Shown here: piece by piece, positions 1-9,414 of the stretch
How the letters are laid out: each line of letters begins with the position of its first letter
How positions within the stretch are numbered: the first letter of the stretch is position 1
Source of the DNA: Mycobacterium phage Sorpresa
Sequence record: PQ184814.1
DNA length: 32,000 bases
Strand: one strand, 5' to 3'
The notes under the pieces: generated by a model
Told to the model about the DNA's origin: nothing
Seen by the model: the letters and a program-made list of their open reading frames with translations, nothing else
The model's database searches: none
Made by a program: the position numbers and the translations under genes

Positions 1-1328
1 TCGACGAGGACGAGGACCCGTCGCTCGGCACCCGGCGTATCCGGATGCCCGGGCAGATCGGCGGTCTGCGCGTCGAGGAAGTCCAGCAGATCTACATCGA
101 CGGCCGCCCGACCGGCGGCACGTTCAAGATCGGGTACGGCGATGAGTGGACAGAGCCGATAGCTTACAACGCGTCCCCGAACGATGTCCGCGCTGCGCTG
201 ATCGCGCTGGAGGGTATCTCCGCCAACGACGTCGAGGTGTCTCTCGGCGGGGCGACGAACGAGGTCCAGACGGTTCGCCTCAAAGGCGGCGCTCTGGGCG
301 GCACGTTCACGCTGTCGCTGGGCTCGGAGACCACGGTCGGTATCCCGTTCAACGCCTCCGACGCAGACCTTCAGGGCGCGTTGGTGGGGCTGGATTCGAT
401 CGGCTCCGCCGACGTCAGGGTGAAGTCGACGAAGATCAACGAGGTCCAGGTGGTCGAGCTGGTCGGGGAACCGACCTCGGGTTCGTTCACGCTGACGCTC
501 GACGGGCAGACCACGGCTCCGATCGCGTACAACGCGACGCCGGCTACGGTGGCGGCCCGGATCGCGGACCTGCCGAACATCGACGGTAACTACGTCAAGG
601 TCGAGGGTCTGAACGAGTGGTTCTACTCGCCGTACCGCATCACGTTCGGCGAAGCCCAGAGTCAGGGCGTCATCACCGACATCATCTCGGGGATCATCGA
701 TTTCATCGGCGGCTTGTTCGGCGGTAACGCCTCGGGCAAAGGCGTCGGCGGTATCGACATCGACGAGATGACCGGGGATGTCGGCACGCTCTCGGGAGGT
801 GCTGGGCTCGATGTCCAGGTGACCACCGAGCAGGACGGCGACCGGCTGTACGTCGTGTCGTTCCAGCGTGCTGCTGGCGGTCTGAACCTGCCGCAGCTGG
901 TGGGTGACGCCTCCGGTCTGGAGGGCGACGACCTCTCGATCGAGACCGCTACCAACGTCGACGGCGGTCGCCCGTACGTCGTCCGGTTCACCGACGACCT
1001 GCAAGGCGTGGACGTCCCGACCATGACGGTCGATACGGACGATCTGACCGGCGGGTACGAGGTCGGCAGCCGCGTGGTGGTTCTCCGCGAGGGCTACACG
1101 TACCCGGCTGAGAACGTCGTCGTCGACTCCGATCCTCGCGAGGAGCAGGTGTCTTCGGAGTCTGGTTCCCCGATCTGGGAGCGGATGAACTCTGTCCGGT
1201 TCCTGCACTACATCCCGCCGTACACCGGCGAGGTCACGTTCAAGTTGTCCGTGTCCGGGGCTGTCCCCGGGCAGATTGCCACGCTGCGCCTTCCGCGCGC
1301 CTGGTCTCGACCCTGGGGGCTGGAATGA
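1..1328 (+). CDS. Minor tail protein, 5'-truncated by window start (frame open upstream of the first ATG at 45)
   Basis: ORF open from base 3 (DEDEDPSLGTRRIRMPGQ...); repeated GGTF.L..G..T.PI.YNA.P..V.AAL..L modules; upstream of other tail genes. Confidence 0.7.
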   Translation, partial: DEDEDPSLGTRRIRMPGQIGGLRVEEVQQIYIDGRPTGGTFKIGYGDEWTEPIAYNASPNDVRAALIALEGISANDVEVSLGGATNEVQTVRLKGGALGGTFTLSLGSETTVGIPFNASDADLQGALVGLDSIGSADVRVKSTKINEVQVVELVGEPTSGSFTLTLDGQTTAPIAYNATPATVAARIADLPNIDGNYVKVEGLNEWFYSPYRITFGEAQSQGVITDIISGIIDFIGGLFGGNASGKGVGGIDIDEMTGDVGTLSGGAGLDVQVTTEQDGDRLYVVSFQRAAGGLNLPQLVGDASGLEGDDLSIETATNVDGGRPYVVRFTDDLQGVDVPTMTVDTDDLTGGYEVGSRVVVLREGYTYPAENVVVDSDPREEQVSSESGSPIWERMNSVRFLHYIPPYTGEVTFKLSVSGAVPGQIATLRLPRAWSRPWGLE

Positions 1329-1507
1329 AATACACGCTGCGCGTTTTCGGGATTCCGGTCCTGAGCTTCGAGTCCGTGGGCACCGGGGCCGAGGAAGAGT
1401 ACATCAGCCTCACGGGTGGCTCGTTCGAGCTGGCTCCCGAGGAGCCCGAGTACGACGAAGAGTACTACGAGGAAGACCGTAGCGGGTTCGGCTTCGGGGT
1501 GAGCTGA
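1325..1507 (+). CDS. Small conserved tail-region protein (60 aa)
   Basis: ATGA overlap with upstream CDS and TGATG overlap with downstream CDS. Confidence 0.7.
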   Translation: MKYTLRVFGIPVLSFESVGTGAEEEYISLTGGSFELAPEEPEYDEEYYEEDRSGFGFGVS

Positions 1508-3309
1508 TGCCAGCTCCCGCCGCAGACATGACAACCCTGGCGGGTCACCAGCAGCTCTGGGACACCGTCATGAAGCGCCGCCAGAAGCGGGAAGACGAGC
1601 GGATCGCACCGCCGCTGATCCGCCTCTGGGACGGCGACTACAAGCTCCGCGGCCAACTCGTCGGGGAGCGCAGCCACAAGTTCGAGTTCATCGAGAACGA
1701 GACCGGCACCGCGTCGATCACGATCTCGCTGGACCACTACCTCGCTAAGTGGATCGCGTCCCACAAAGGCCGCGCCCGCCGCAACGTCCACGTCTCGTTC
1801 GACAAGCAGGGCGCCCGGTGGACGGGCCGCATGGATCACTACGACATCGTCCGGACCAAAGAGGGCGACGTCTACATGGAGGTCGTGTTCAAGCACGACT
1901 ACGAAGAGCTCAAGCACATCTACGTGTGGGCGAACCCGTTCCTGCGGCCCGAGTTCCAGTTCCCGAAGCTGTGGGTGATGTTCGGCCCCGCGAAGTGGGC
2001 GCTGCTGCTGACGCTGTTCGTCAACATCCTCCGCCTGGAGACCTCGCTGTGGACGCTGCCGGACAACCCTCTGGACATCTCCGAGTGGTTCCCGTTCTCG
2101 CTGAACCCCGGTAACTGGCGCAACATCGTCAAGCCGTTCCCGTTCCTCGCGGACAACTCTCCGCTGACGATCGTGTTCTCCCGGTTCAAGTCGTTCCACG
2201 ACACCGCGAAGAACGTCCTGGCCGACTCGCAGCTCACTATCGTGTGCCGCCGGTACTTCCACGGCGAGGACCCGCACCCGTTCGCGGAGCTGTCCGGTGA
2301 GCTGGGCCTGCCGCTGATCGAGGGTATAGCCTCGCTGATCCCGCTGCGCCACGGCTGCCTGGTCTGGGACATCGTCGATAACTCCGGGTGGGGTTCGGAG
2401 ACAGCGTTCGGCGGGTCGCTGCTGACCGGCCTGGTCCGCGCGGTGATGAACATCGCGTCGGACGGCATGACCGAGGGCATCGACATCTACACCGGGCTGC
2501 CCACCTACCCGGGCGAGTACTACACCCCGGGGTTCCTCGGGACGTACCCGAAGGCTCCGCACGTGGTGTTCATGGAGTCCCCGTACACCGGCATCGAGTC
2601 CTCGAAGTTCACGTACACCGAAGCTACGGACACGTCGTTCGTGCTCGGCGGGCAGTCGATGCCCGGGGTGAACGAGATCATCTCGGCTGGCATCAACATG
2701 GGCGGCGACTTCCTGACGTCGCTGATCAACTCCCAGCTAGCCACGCTCGGCGCGTTCGGCGGCGCGATCGACCTCCCGCCGCTCGGCGGCATCATGGACG
2801 CGGTCGCCCGTCCGCTGTACGAGAACGTGATCCTCGCGTTCATGGAGATCCCCACGCTCCGCGCAGCAGGCCTGAGCCTGCCTATCGCTGGCCTGGAGGA
2901 CATCGTCACCGGGCTCGGGGATTTCCACTATAACGAGGGCTGGGTCGACGGCGCTGACAAGGCGTTCACGATCTCCGCGATCATGGCGGCCCGCGCTAAG
3001 CAGTGGGCTACCCGGGCGAAGCACTCGCACGAGATCCAGGTGTCCGACGCTGCCCCGTACATCATCGGTGAGCGTGGTCACGGGCATTTCTGGCTCGGTG
3101 ACCGGGTCGGTACCACGGTCCTCGGCTACCCCGATCCGTACACGATCTTCGTGGAGCGGGTCACCAAGCTCACCTACGAGTGGACGTCCGACGGCCCGAA
3201 GGGCTGGACCATCACGATCGGTTACAAAGAGCCCGAGGACCCGATCCTCAAGGCGTTCGAACTGATCCAGTACATCAACTCCAACCTCGGACAGCTCGGC
3301 ATTCTGTAG
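1507..3309 (+). CDS. Minor tail protein (600 aa), siphovirus tail/ReqiPepy6-like
   Basis: Long ORF in tail operon; N-terminal LIRLWDGDYKLRGQLVGERSHKFEFIENETGTASITI typical of mycobacteriophage minor tail proteins. Confidence 0.8.
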   Translation: MPAPAADMTTLAGHQQLWDTVMKRRQKREDERIAPPLIRLWDGDYKLRGQLVGERSHKFEFIENETGTASITISLDHYLAKWIASHKGRARRNVHVSFDKQGARWTGRMDHYDIVRTKEGDVYMEVVFKHDYEELKHIYVWANPFLRPEFQFPKLWVMFGPAKWALLLTLFVNILRLETSLWTLPDNPLDISEWFPFSLNPGNWRNIVKPFPFLADNSPLTIVFSRFKSFHDTAKNVLADSQLTIVCRRYFHGEDPHPFAELSGELGLPLIEGIASLIPLRHGCLVWDIVDNSGWGSETAFGGSLLTGLVRAVMNIASDGMTEGIDIYTGLPTYPGEYYTPGFLGTYPKAPHVVFMESPYTGIESSKFTYTEATDTSFVLGGQSMPGVNEIISAGINMGGDFLTSLINSQLATLGAFGGAIDLPPLGGIMDAVARPLYENVILAFMEIPTLRAAGLSLPIAGLEDIVTGLGDFHYNEGWVDGADKAFTISAIMAARAKQWATRAKHSHEIQVSDAAPYIIGERGHGHFWLGDRVGTTVLGYPDPYTIFVERVTKLTYEWTSDGPKGWTITIGYKEPEDPILKAFELIQYINSNLGQLGIL

Positions 3310-3317
3310 CAGCCGAG

Positions 3318-3330
3318 CTTGATACGTAAC
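3318..3330 (-). promoter_or_regulatory. Stoperator (repressor binding site)
   Basis: cttgatacgtaac = reverse complement of GTTACGTATCAAG, exact match to GTTACGWDTCAAG, in intergenic gap. Confidence 0.9.
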
Positions 3331-3346
3331 GAAGAGAGCCCGCCAC

Positions 3347-3793
3347 ATGCACAAACCCCTGACCCAAGAACACGCCGACCCGGACAAGCCGGAGGAAGCC
3401 CTTGCCTGGGCTTTCTGGGGACTCCCCCACCCGTCCGGGGGCCACTCGCTGTCTAACCCGGTGATGGCCAAGTACTGGTCGAAGCACTTCACGGAGCTCG
3501 GGATTGTGCATGTGGACTCTCTGCGCCGGCTCGCTGACGAGAACGGGAACATCCACGTCAGCAAGCTGCCTCAGCAGACCAAGAAGTTCCAGGCTCCCGC
3601 CCGCGGGCCGCGGAGCCACTACAACCCCGCTGCGCAGTGGGTTCCCTCGGATACCCCGGAGCCTCCGAAGTTCCGTGTCCAAGATCCTCGGACGCTCACC
3701 CAGCAAGAGCAGCAAGCCCAGCTCGACATCTACAAGCAAATGGGCCTGATTCCTACCGCACCCCTGCCGCAGCATCAGGCTGCGGTCGAATGA
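3347..3793 (+). CDS. Conserved hypothetical protein in tail operon (148 aa)
   Basis: ORF following stoperator; RBS-like gaagagag upstream; coding context. Confidence 0.75.
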   Translation: MHKPLTQEHADPDKPEEALAWAFWGLPHPSGGHSLSNPVMAKYWSKHFTELGIVHVDSLRRLADENGNIHVSKLPQQTKKFQAPARGPRSHYNPAAQWVPSDTPEPPKFRVQDPRTLTQQEQQAQLDIYKQMGLIPTAPLPQHQAAVE

Positions 3794-4137
3794 GAGGCCC
3801 GCTTATGCCAGACCTGGAAGACACCCAGCCGTTGCACGTGTCTGACCTGCCTACCGAAGAGATGGACCTCGCCGAGCTGGACACAGGCGGCTTCGAGATC
3901 CCGCACCTGGGCTGGGACTTGGACAAAGACGGTGACATCGAAGGCATCGAGGAGTACGTCCCCGAGCCTGCGGTGCTGCGCGGCGCTGTGGCCGCGGGCC
4001 TGGGCTTCGCCGGGTTCGTCCTCGGTAAGACGTTCGACGTCTCGTGGATCGATCAGGCGGTCGCTATCTACGCGGTGGCTGCACCGTTCGTCCTCGGATT
4101 CGTGATCCGCCGCCACGTCACCCCTACGAAACGGTGA
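3790..4137 (+). CDS. Membrane protein with C-terminal hydrophobic segments (115 aa)
   Basis: ATGA overlap start at 3790 (alternative ATG 3805); AVLRGAVAAGLGFAGFVLG...AIYAVAAPFVLGFVI. Confidence 0.65.
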   Translation: MRGPLMPDLEDTQPLHVSDLPTEEMDLAELDTGGFEIPHLGWDLDKDGDIEGIEEYVPEPAVLRGAVAAGLGFAGFVLGKTFDVSWIDQAVAIYAVAAPFVLGFVIRRHVTPTKR

Positions 4138-4481
4138 CCGCGGTCCTGGATTGGTTGGCGGTGGCTAGCGGTCCTGCGGGCATCGCGATCGGTATCTACG
4201 GCGAGAAGTGGCGCTCCCGGCGACGGGAGCCCGCCGAGATCGAGAAGACCGAGGCGGAGGCCTCGCAGATCTTCGTCGAGACCGCGGTGACTCTGATCGC
4301 CCCGCTCAAAGCGGAGATCGCGGACCTGACCGTGCGCGTCAACCAGCTCGAAGAAGAGAACTACACGACCAAGACCCGGCTGCAGCTGTCGATCGATTAC
4401 ATCCGCGTCCTGCAGACGTGGATCAGCAAGCACATCCCGGGACGGAAGCCTCCGGCTCCCCCGGCCGAACTGCTGCTCTGA
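4134..4481 (+). CDS. Membrane-anchored coiled-coil small protein (115 aa)
   Basis: GTG start overlapping TGA (GTGA); N-terminal hydrophobic helix then heptad-like VRVNQLEEENYTTKTRLQLSIDYI. Confidence 0.65.
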   Translation: MTAVLDWLAVASGPAGIAIGIYGEKWRSRRREPAEIEKTEAEASQIFVETAVTLIAPLKAEIADLTVRVNQLEEENYTTKTRLQLSIDYIRVLQTWISKHIPGRKPPAPPAELLL

Positions 4482-4482
4482 A

Positions 4483-4495
4483 CTTGATATGTAAC
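4483..4495 (-). promoter_or_regulatory. Degenerate stoperator
   Basis: cttgatatgtaac = GTTACATATCAAG, one mismatch to GTTACGWDTCAAG; intergenic. Confidence 0.7.
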
Positions 4496-4505
4496 GGAGG
4501 TCTTA

Positions 4506-6359
4506 GTGGCTGACGACCAGTGGGTACCTGACGTTCCAGACGGCGCGTTCGTCATCGGCGGCGGCGACTACCGCTACGGCCAGGACATGACCGAGGACAT
4601 CGCCCGGTCGCTGTTCCAGGTCCCGGACTTCAACCCGGCCAACGCGCTGCTGGTGCTGCCGCAGCTGCTGCTGCGCCTGCCGCTGGAAGCGCTGCAGAAG
4701 TTCAAAGACTTCATCCCGAACGTGCTGGAAGGCGCGTTCAACACCGTAGCCGGCGCGGTCGACGCCATCATGGGCGCGATCCGCGAGACCCCGCGGGTGC
4801 TGGAGCAGATCCTCTCGTACCTGCCGCAAGAGCTGCGCGACGAACTAGAGCACGCCGCAGCCCGTATCGGCGCGGTGATCGACGCTATCGTCCAGGCGCT
4901 CACCGGCACCCTGAACATCGGGCACACGATCGAAGACCTGATCTTCTCGCTGACCAACATCCGCCCCGGCGCGATCGGAGGTGTGCTCGGTGGCGGGTCG
5001 ATCGAAGAGACCATCAAGCGCATCGTCGATGCGATCGTCTCGGGCATCGTCGGGGTCACCGGCATCGGTGCGGGGATCTCGGATCTCCAGTCGCTGATCG
5101 AGCAGATCTCCTCGGCGGCCGCCCGCGGCGGGTTCGCCTGGGACATCCTCGGCATCCAGAACAACAAGAAGCCGAAGTCCGGGCTGTACAAGTCCGAGCG
5201 TGGCAACTTCGACCTGGACACCCTGAACTCCACGGTCTCGGTCGCCCCCGGAACCTCGATCATCGCGTTCGATGTCATCGAGCAGTCGATGCCTATCGGC
5301 CTGATCACCTGGATCGGCTGGGGCACCTCGGGCATCACCGAGTTCTACATCAACGTCTACCGCTGCGTCGACGACCGCTCCGATCCGGAGCTAGGCGAGC
5401 TGATCCACCAGTCCGAGAACATCGCGGGTCTGCTGGCGGGCTCCGCGTCCCCTGGCGCGAACATGGCTTACGAACTCACTACCCCGATCGCGGCTGTAGC
5501 CGGCGACCTGCTGGCGTACGAGTTCATCGCTGTCGGCGGCACGCACACGATGCGCGGCCGGGACTTCAACCTCCCGGACAACGACGGCGCTCCGATCGGC
5601 AACGTCGGGGCTACCCGATCGCTGTCGACGCCTTCTCTTCCCCCGGCCACGCTGGACAAAGCCGACGTCTCCTGGACCGACAACGTCCCCCGCGTCGGTA
5701 TCGCGGTGGACACCGGCACCGGCTCGGATCACCACGACCCGCAGGTCGAGTTCTTCGAGAAGCCTGTAGCTATCCCGGTCCCGGCGTGGTGCGACCGCAT
5801 CGACGCGATCGTCACCGGTAAGGGCGGCGAGGGTGCCGACGGGTTCCTCGGGTTCTACGGCAACCCCGGTCAGCCTGGCGGTGTCAACACCGTGACCTGG
5901 ACCCGTGGTGAGCACTTCTCCGGCACCACCACGATCTTGGAGTGGGACGGCGCTGAGCTGTCGATCCCCGGGTTCGAGGTGTCCGCTGCCAACGGCTCTA
6001 ACGGCTCCGGTCAGCGCCCTGTGGCGCTCGGCAAGCCGGTCGGTAAAGGCATCGAGGAAGTCGAATACAACGGCCTGAAGCTGGCCGCTGGCGGTGACCA
6101 GCACGCGTACGGCGGCGCAGGCACCAAGCCTGGCGGCGGCGGCAACGGCGGTCACTGGCTCGGTATCTACACCCAAGGCGGCCCCGGTGGACCCGCGTGC
6201 GCGGCTGTCCAGTTCCGTAAGGGCGCTCTGCCCGGCGAGGTCGTGGGCGACGGCGAAGGCGACGTGACGCCTCCGAACGTCTCTGCGCTGCACGTCGACG
6301 TGTCTGCGACGTCCACCTCGATCACTATCACACCCTCGGGAGCTGTCGACGATGCCTAG
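4506..6359 (+). CDS. Minor tail protein (617 aa), glycine-rich C-terminal part and N-terminal half of an FN3 domain at its end
   Basis: ORF with RBS cggagg; GGKGGEGADGFLG..., GGAGTKPGGGGNGGHW; ends DVTPPNVSALHVDVSATSTSITITPSGAVDDA. Confidence 0.8.
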   Translation: MADDQWVPDVPDGAFVIGGGDYRYGQDMTEDIARSLFQVPDFNPANALLVLPQLLLRLPLEALQKFKDFIPNVLEGAFNTVAGAVDAIMGAIRETPRVLEQILSYLPQELRDELEHAAARIGAVIDAIVQALTGTLNIGHTIEDLIFSLTNIRPGAIGGVLGGGSIEETIKRIVDAIVSGIVGVTGIGAGISDLQSLIEQISSAAARGGFAWDILGIQNNKKPKSGLYKSERGNFDLDTLNSTVSVAPGTSIIAFDVIEQSMPIGLITWIGWGTSGITEFYINVYRCVDDRSDPELGELIHQSENIAGLLAGSASPGANMAYELTTPIAAVAGDLLAYEFIAVGGTHTMRGRDFNLPDNDGAPIGNVGATRSLSTPSLPPATLDKADVSWTDNVPRVGIAVDTGTGSDHHDPQVEFFEKPVAIPVPAWCDRIDAIVTGKGGEGADGFLGFYGNPGQPGGVNTVTWTRGEHFSGTTTILEWDGAELSIPGFEVSAANGSNGSGQRPVALGKPVGKGIEEVEYNGLKLAAGGDQHAYGGAGTKPGGGGNGGHWLGIYTQGGPGGPACAAVQFRKGALPGEVVGDGEGDVTPPNVSALHVDVSATSTSITITPSGAVDDA

Positions 6360-7830
6360 CGGACTTCGCGGTTACAACGTGTACCGCAACGGCGTTCGAC
6401 AGAACACCTCCCCTGTGACGGAGCTCGGGTCGGTGACTATCACCGGCCTGACTCCGGATACCGACTACTCCGACCAGATCACGATCACCGCTATCGACAT
6501 GGCGGGTAACGAGTCGCTGCCCAAGACGCTGGCTGAGCTGGAGGCGGAAGCTGTCACCGATGCTTTGTCTCCGGCTGACCCGCTGGACCCGGTGGTCCGG
6601 GCGCAGATCGATGCGCTGGTAGCGGCGAAGATCAAGCCAACGTCAGGCAGGGTCGCTGACGGCGCGATCATCGGGATCGAGACCCCGACCGGGTCGTATT
6701 ACAAAGCGTACGGCGGGGACCGTACCTCGAACACTCCGCTGACGCTGGAGAAGAACTTCCGGTACGGCTCGTGCTCGAAGATGTTCACTCACACCCTGAT
6801 CCTCAAAGCGATCGACGACGGGCTGCTGGACTGGGACGACACGCTCTCCCAGTTCGTCACCGGCGTCCCGAACGGGGACCAGATCACGATCCGGCAGCTG
6901 CTGCTGTTCCAGGACGGGCTCAAAGACTGGATGACAGACCCCGCGGTCCAGCAGACGTACTTCCTCAGCCCGACCAACTCGTTCGACCCGCTGAGCTACA
7001 TCCGTAACTCGGTGGTGAACTTCGCCCCCGGCGAGTCCTCGTCGTACTCGAACGCGGCCTCGTGGCTGCTGGGCAAGGTCCTGGAGTCCGTCTACAACGA
7101 CGGCCGGACGGTCGATCAGATCGTCGTGCAAGAGTGGCAGTCCGAGGTCGATATGCCGTCGCTGCACTGGCCGACGACGAACTACATGAACCCGCCGTAT
7201 GTCCGGGGCTGGACACCGAACCTGGCGCTGCCGCAGATCCAAGCGATCCTCGGGCCGTTCGCGTTCCTCGCAGCGTTCCTCGGCTACCCGACGTCCAAGG
7301 ACCTGGAGTTCACCGCGGTCTCGACCTCGTGGTCGGGGGCTGCCGGTTCTCTCGCCGGGAACATAGAGGACTTCGTTCGGTTCGGTAAAGCGCTGTACGA
7401 CGGGACGTTTTTGTCCGAGGAGATGCAGCAGCTCCGCAAAGAGATCTTCACGACGTACGTCGAGTACGAGCCTGCGGGACCTCATCAGGGTCCGGGCTGG
7501 ATGGGGTTCGGTCTGAACTCGATCTGCTGGGGAGCGTGGCAGGGTTGGGTCGGCAACCTCGGAGGCTACATCGCGGTCATCTTCTACAACTCCGAAGACG
7601 GATCGGTCATCGCGGTGACTCTGAACAACTTCTCGGCCCACGTCGATGCGGTCGATCTGTTCTACCAGATCGCTTACCTGCTGAACCCCGAGTCCGCCGG
7701 TCACCGGGACTGGATCTTCCGTCCTGATCCTGCTGAGGACGAGGACGAGGTCCGTGACCCGACGCTGTACCTGACGGTCGAGTCCACCGGAGACAACCAG
7801 ATCCCGGCTGACGTGCCGTTCGAGATCTAA
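6352..7830 (+). CDS. Tail-associated serine hydrolase, beta-lactamase / D-Ala-D-Ala carboxypeptidase-like, with C-terminal half of an FN3 domain at N-terminus
   Basis: SCSK (SxxK) and YSNA (YxN) motifs with class C-like context YGSCSKMFTHTLILKAIDDGLLDWDDTLSQFV; N-terminus GLRGYNVYRNGV...TGLTPDTDYSDQITITAIDMAGNES. Confidence 0.85.
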   Translation: MPSGLRGYNVYRNGVRQNTSPVTELGSVTITGLTPDTDYSDQITITAIDMAGNESLPKTLAELEAEAVTDALSPADPLDPVVRAQIDALVAAKIKPTSGRVADGAIIGIETPTGSYYKAYGGDRTSNTPLTLEKNFRYGSCSKMFTHTLILKAIDDGLLDWDDTLSQFVTGVPNGDQITIRQLLLFQDGLKDWMTDPAVQQTYFLSPTNSFDPLSYIRNSVVNFAPGESSSYSNAASWLLGKVLESVYNDGRTVDQIVVQEWQSEVDMPSLHWPTTNYMNPPYVRGWTPNLALPQIQAILGPFAFLAAFLGYPTSKDLEFTAVSTSWSGAAGSLAGNIEDFVRFGKALYDGTFLSEEMQQLRKEIFTTYVEYEPAGPHQGPGWMGFGLNSICWGAWQGWVGNLGGYIAVIFYNSEDGSVIAVTLNNFSAHVDAVDLFYQIAYLLNPESAGHRDWIFRPDPAEDEDEVRDPTLYLTVESTGDNQIPADVPFEI

Positions 7831-7841
7831 GGAGACAAGAG

Positions 7842-8243
7842 ATTTCTGCTCGTTACAACAGCTGCCGTGCTGCGGCGGCCAGAGGCGATATCGACTGGCT
7901 GAACGACGACATCCGGGCGTTGATGATCGACGCTGACGACTACACCGTGAACCTGACGTCGCACACGACGCTGGCGAACATCCCGTCCGGGGCGATCATC
8001 GCTGTCTCGGAGAGCCTGACCGGTAAGTCGGTGACTTCCGCCGGCTGGGTGAAGGCTGACCCGACGGTGTTCCCCGAAGTTACGGGGGACACGGGTGAGG
8101 CGGTCATCGTCTACAAGCACACCGGTACTTCGTCTACGTCGACGCTGCTGTCGTATCACGACTCCCCTACTTACCAATTCGTCATCCCGAACGGGTCGGA
8201 CATCCGTGTGATCTGGCCGACCGACGGGTTTATCCGCTTCTAA
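7842..8243 (+). CDS. Conserved hypothetical protein; probable non-canonical ATT start (133 aa); fallback start ATG 7920
   Basis: Open frame after GGAG RBS (7831): att tct gct cgt tac aac agc tgc ... ; the first ATG at 7920 has no SD-like sequence. Confidence 0.55.
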   Translation: MSARYNSCRAAAARGDIDWLNDDIRALMIDADDYTVNLTSHTTLANIPSGAIIAVSESLTGKSVTSAGWVKADPTVFPEVTGDTGEAVIVYKHTGTSSTSTLLSYHDSPTYQFVIPNGSDIRVIWPTDGFIRF

Positions 8244-8252
8244 GGAGCACGC

Positions 8253-8444
8253 ATGGCACTTCCCGAGAACTGGACAGACGGTGTCGGTCAGCAGGTTGAT
8301 GCGGCGTTTCTGAACCAGCTGGGTTCGGAGCACAACGCGATGCAAGACGCGCTCGGCGGTAAGTCGATCCTGGTGATCACCCAGGAGGACTACGACGAGC
8401 TGGGGTCTCCGGACCCTGACACGATCTACGTGGTCATCGAATGA
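8253..8444 (+). CDS. Small tail-region protein (63 aa)
   Basis: ORF with RBS aaggagc; overlaps next CDS by ATGA. Confidence 0.7.
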   Translation: MALPENWTDGVGQQVDAAFLNQLGSEHNAMQDALGGKSILVITQEDYDELGSPDPDTIYVVIE

Positions 8445-9379
8445 GTCTGAAGGTCGGTGGCCTCGACGTTGTCGGTGTGTTCGTCGGGGATGCTGCGGCG
8501 AAGGTCTACGTCGGCGCGATGAAGATCTGGCCTCCGGTCCCGGACTTCACCCCGTTCAGCATTTCCAGCGAAGACCCCGGCTACGAGGATCTGATCGACG
8601 AGCAGGTGCCCGAGGGCGCTACCGGCTGCTGGGTGACCCTCTTCGGCGGCGGCGGCCCGGGTCGAGCGGGTTACCGCGGCGACACGGGCACCAACCGTCC
8701 CGGCGGTCCTGGCGGCGGCGGCGGGGCGAAGATCCGCGTCTGGGTTCCTCGCTCGGCGATGGGCAGCACCTACACCGTGTCGAAAGGCATCGGAGGTATC
8801 GGCGAGGCAGCCAGGACAAGCGGGACGGGGGCCGGTCCAGCACCCACACCTGCGACTCCTTCTCTGTTCCAGTCCGGCTCGGTTTCCCTCTCCGCTGGAG
8901 CCGGTGGGTACGGGAGCCTTAGCTCATCCAGTTCAGTCGGTGGCACAGGCGGGACGGCCGCCGTCACCGGAGTGTCTGACGCCGTTACCATCCCGGGCTC
9001 GAACGGCGGTAACGGCGGAGTGTCCGGAAGTGGCCAGGCTGGCGGTGACAACACCGCGGGCGCAGGAGCTGGCGGCGGTGGTGGCGGGCGCTACTCGTCC
9101 TCAGCCACTACTTCGCCCGGCGGTCGAGGCGGGAACTCCACGCACGGTACAGGAACCCCTGGCGGAGCTGGTACTACAGGGGCCCCGAGCAGCCCCGTTG
9201 ACGCGGCCGATCAGGTCGCTGGAAACCCTGGCGCTGGTGGCGGCGGCGGCGATGGGCTAGTCGGTACGGGGGCAGACGGCGGTAACTACGGTGGCGGCGG
9301 CGGTGGCGGCGGCGGCGGTAGCAACGGTCGGCCCGGAGGTAACGGCGGTGACGGTTACGTCCTGATCGAGTGGGAATGA
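8441..9379 (+). CDS. Glycine-rich minor tail / tail-tip protein (312 aa)
   Basis: Gly-rich collagen-like composition; LFGGGGPGRAGYRGDTG, N-terminal MSLKVGGLDVVGVFVGDAAAKVYVGAMKIWP typical of phage tail-tip proteins. Confidence 0.8.
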   Translation: MSLKVGGLDVVGVFVGDAAAKVYVGAMKIWPPVPDFTPFSISSEDPGYEDLIDEQVPEGATGCWVTLFGGGGPGRAGYRGDTGTNRPGGPGGGGGAKIRVWVPRSAMGSTYTVSKGIGGIGEAARTSGTGAGPAPTPATPSLFQSGSVSLSAGAGGYGSLSSSSSVGGTGGTAAVTGVSDAVTIPGSNGGNGGVSGSGQAGGDNTAGAGAGGGGGGRYSSSATTSPGGRGGNSTHGTGTPGGAGTTGAPSSPVDAADQVAGNPGAGGGGGDGLVGTGADGGNYGGGGGGGGGGSNGRPGGNGGDGYVLIEWE

Positions 9380-9385
9380 CTCGCG

Positions 9386-9398
9386 CTTGACACGTAAC
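9386..9398 (-). promoter_or_regulatory. Stoperator/operator (exact)
   Basis: cttgacacgtaac. Confidence 0.9.
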
Positions 9399-9401
9399 CC
9401 G

Positions 9402-9414
9402 GTTACGAGTAAAG
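9402..9414 (+). promoter_or_regulatory. Degenerate opposite-facing operator
   Basis: gttacgagtaaag, one mismatch to consensus; overlaps -10. Confidence 0.6.

Noticed and set aside
146-8345. Numerous 60-350 aa antisense or out-of-frame ORFs in the tail region (e.g. 1465..2562, 6643..7704, 5391..6293)
   Set aside because: Arg/Gly/Pro-rich translations, overlap real tail genes, no RBS; GC-rich shadow ORFs.
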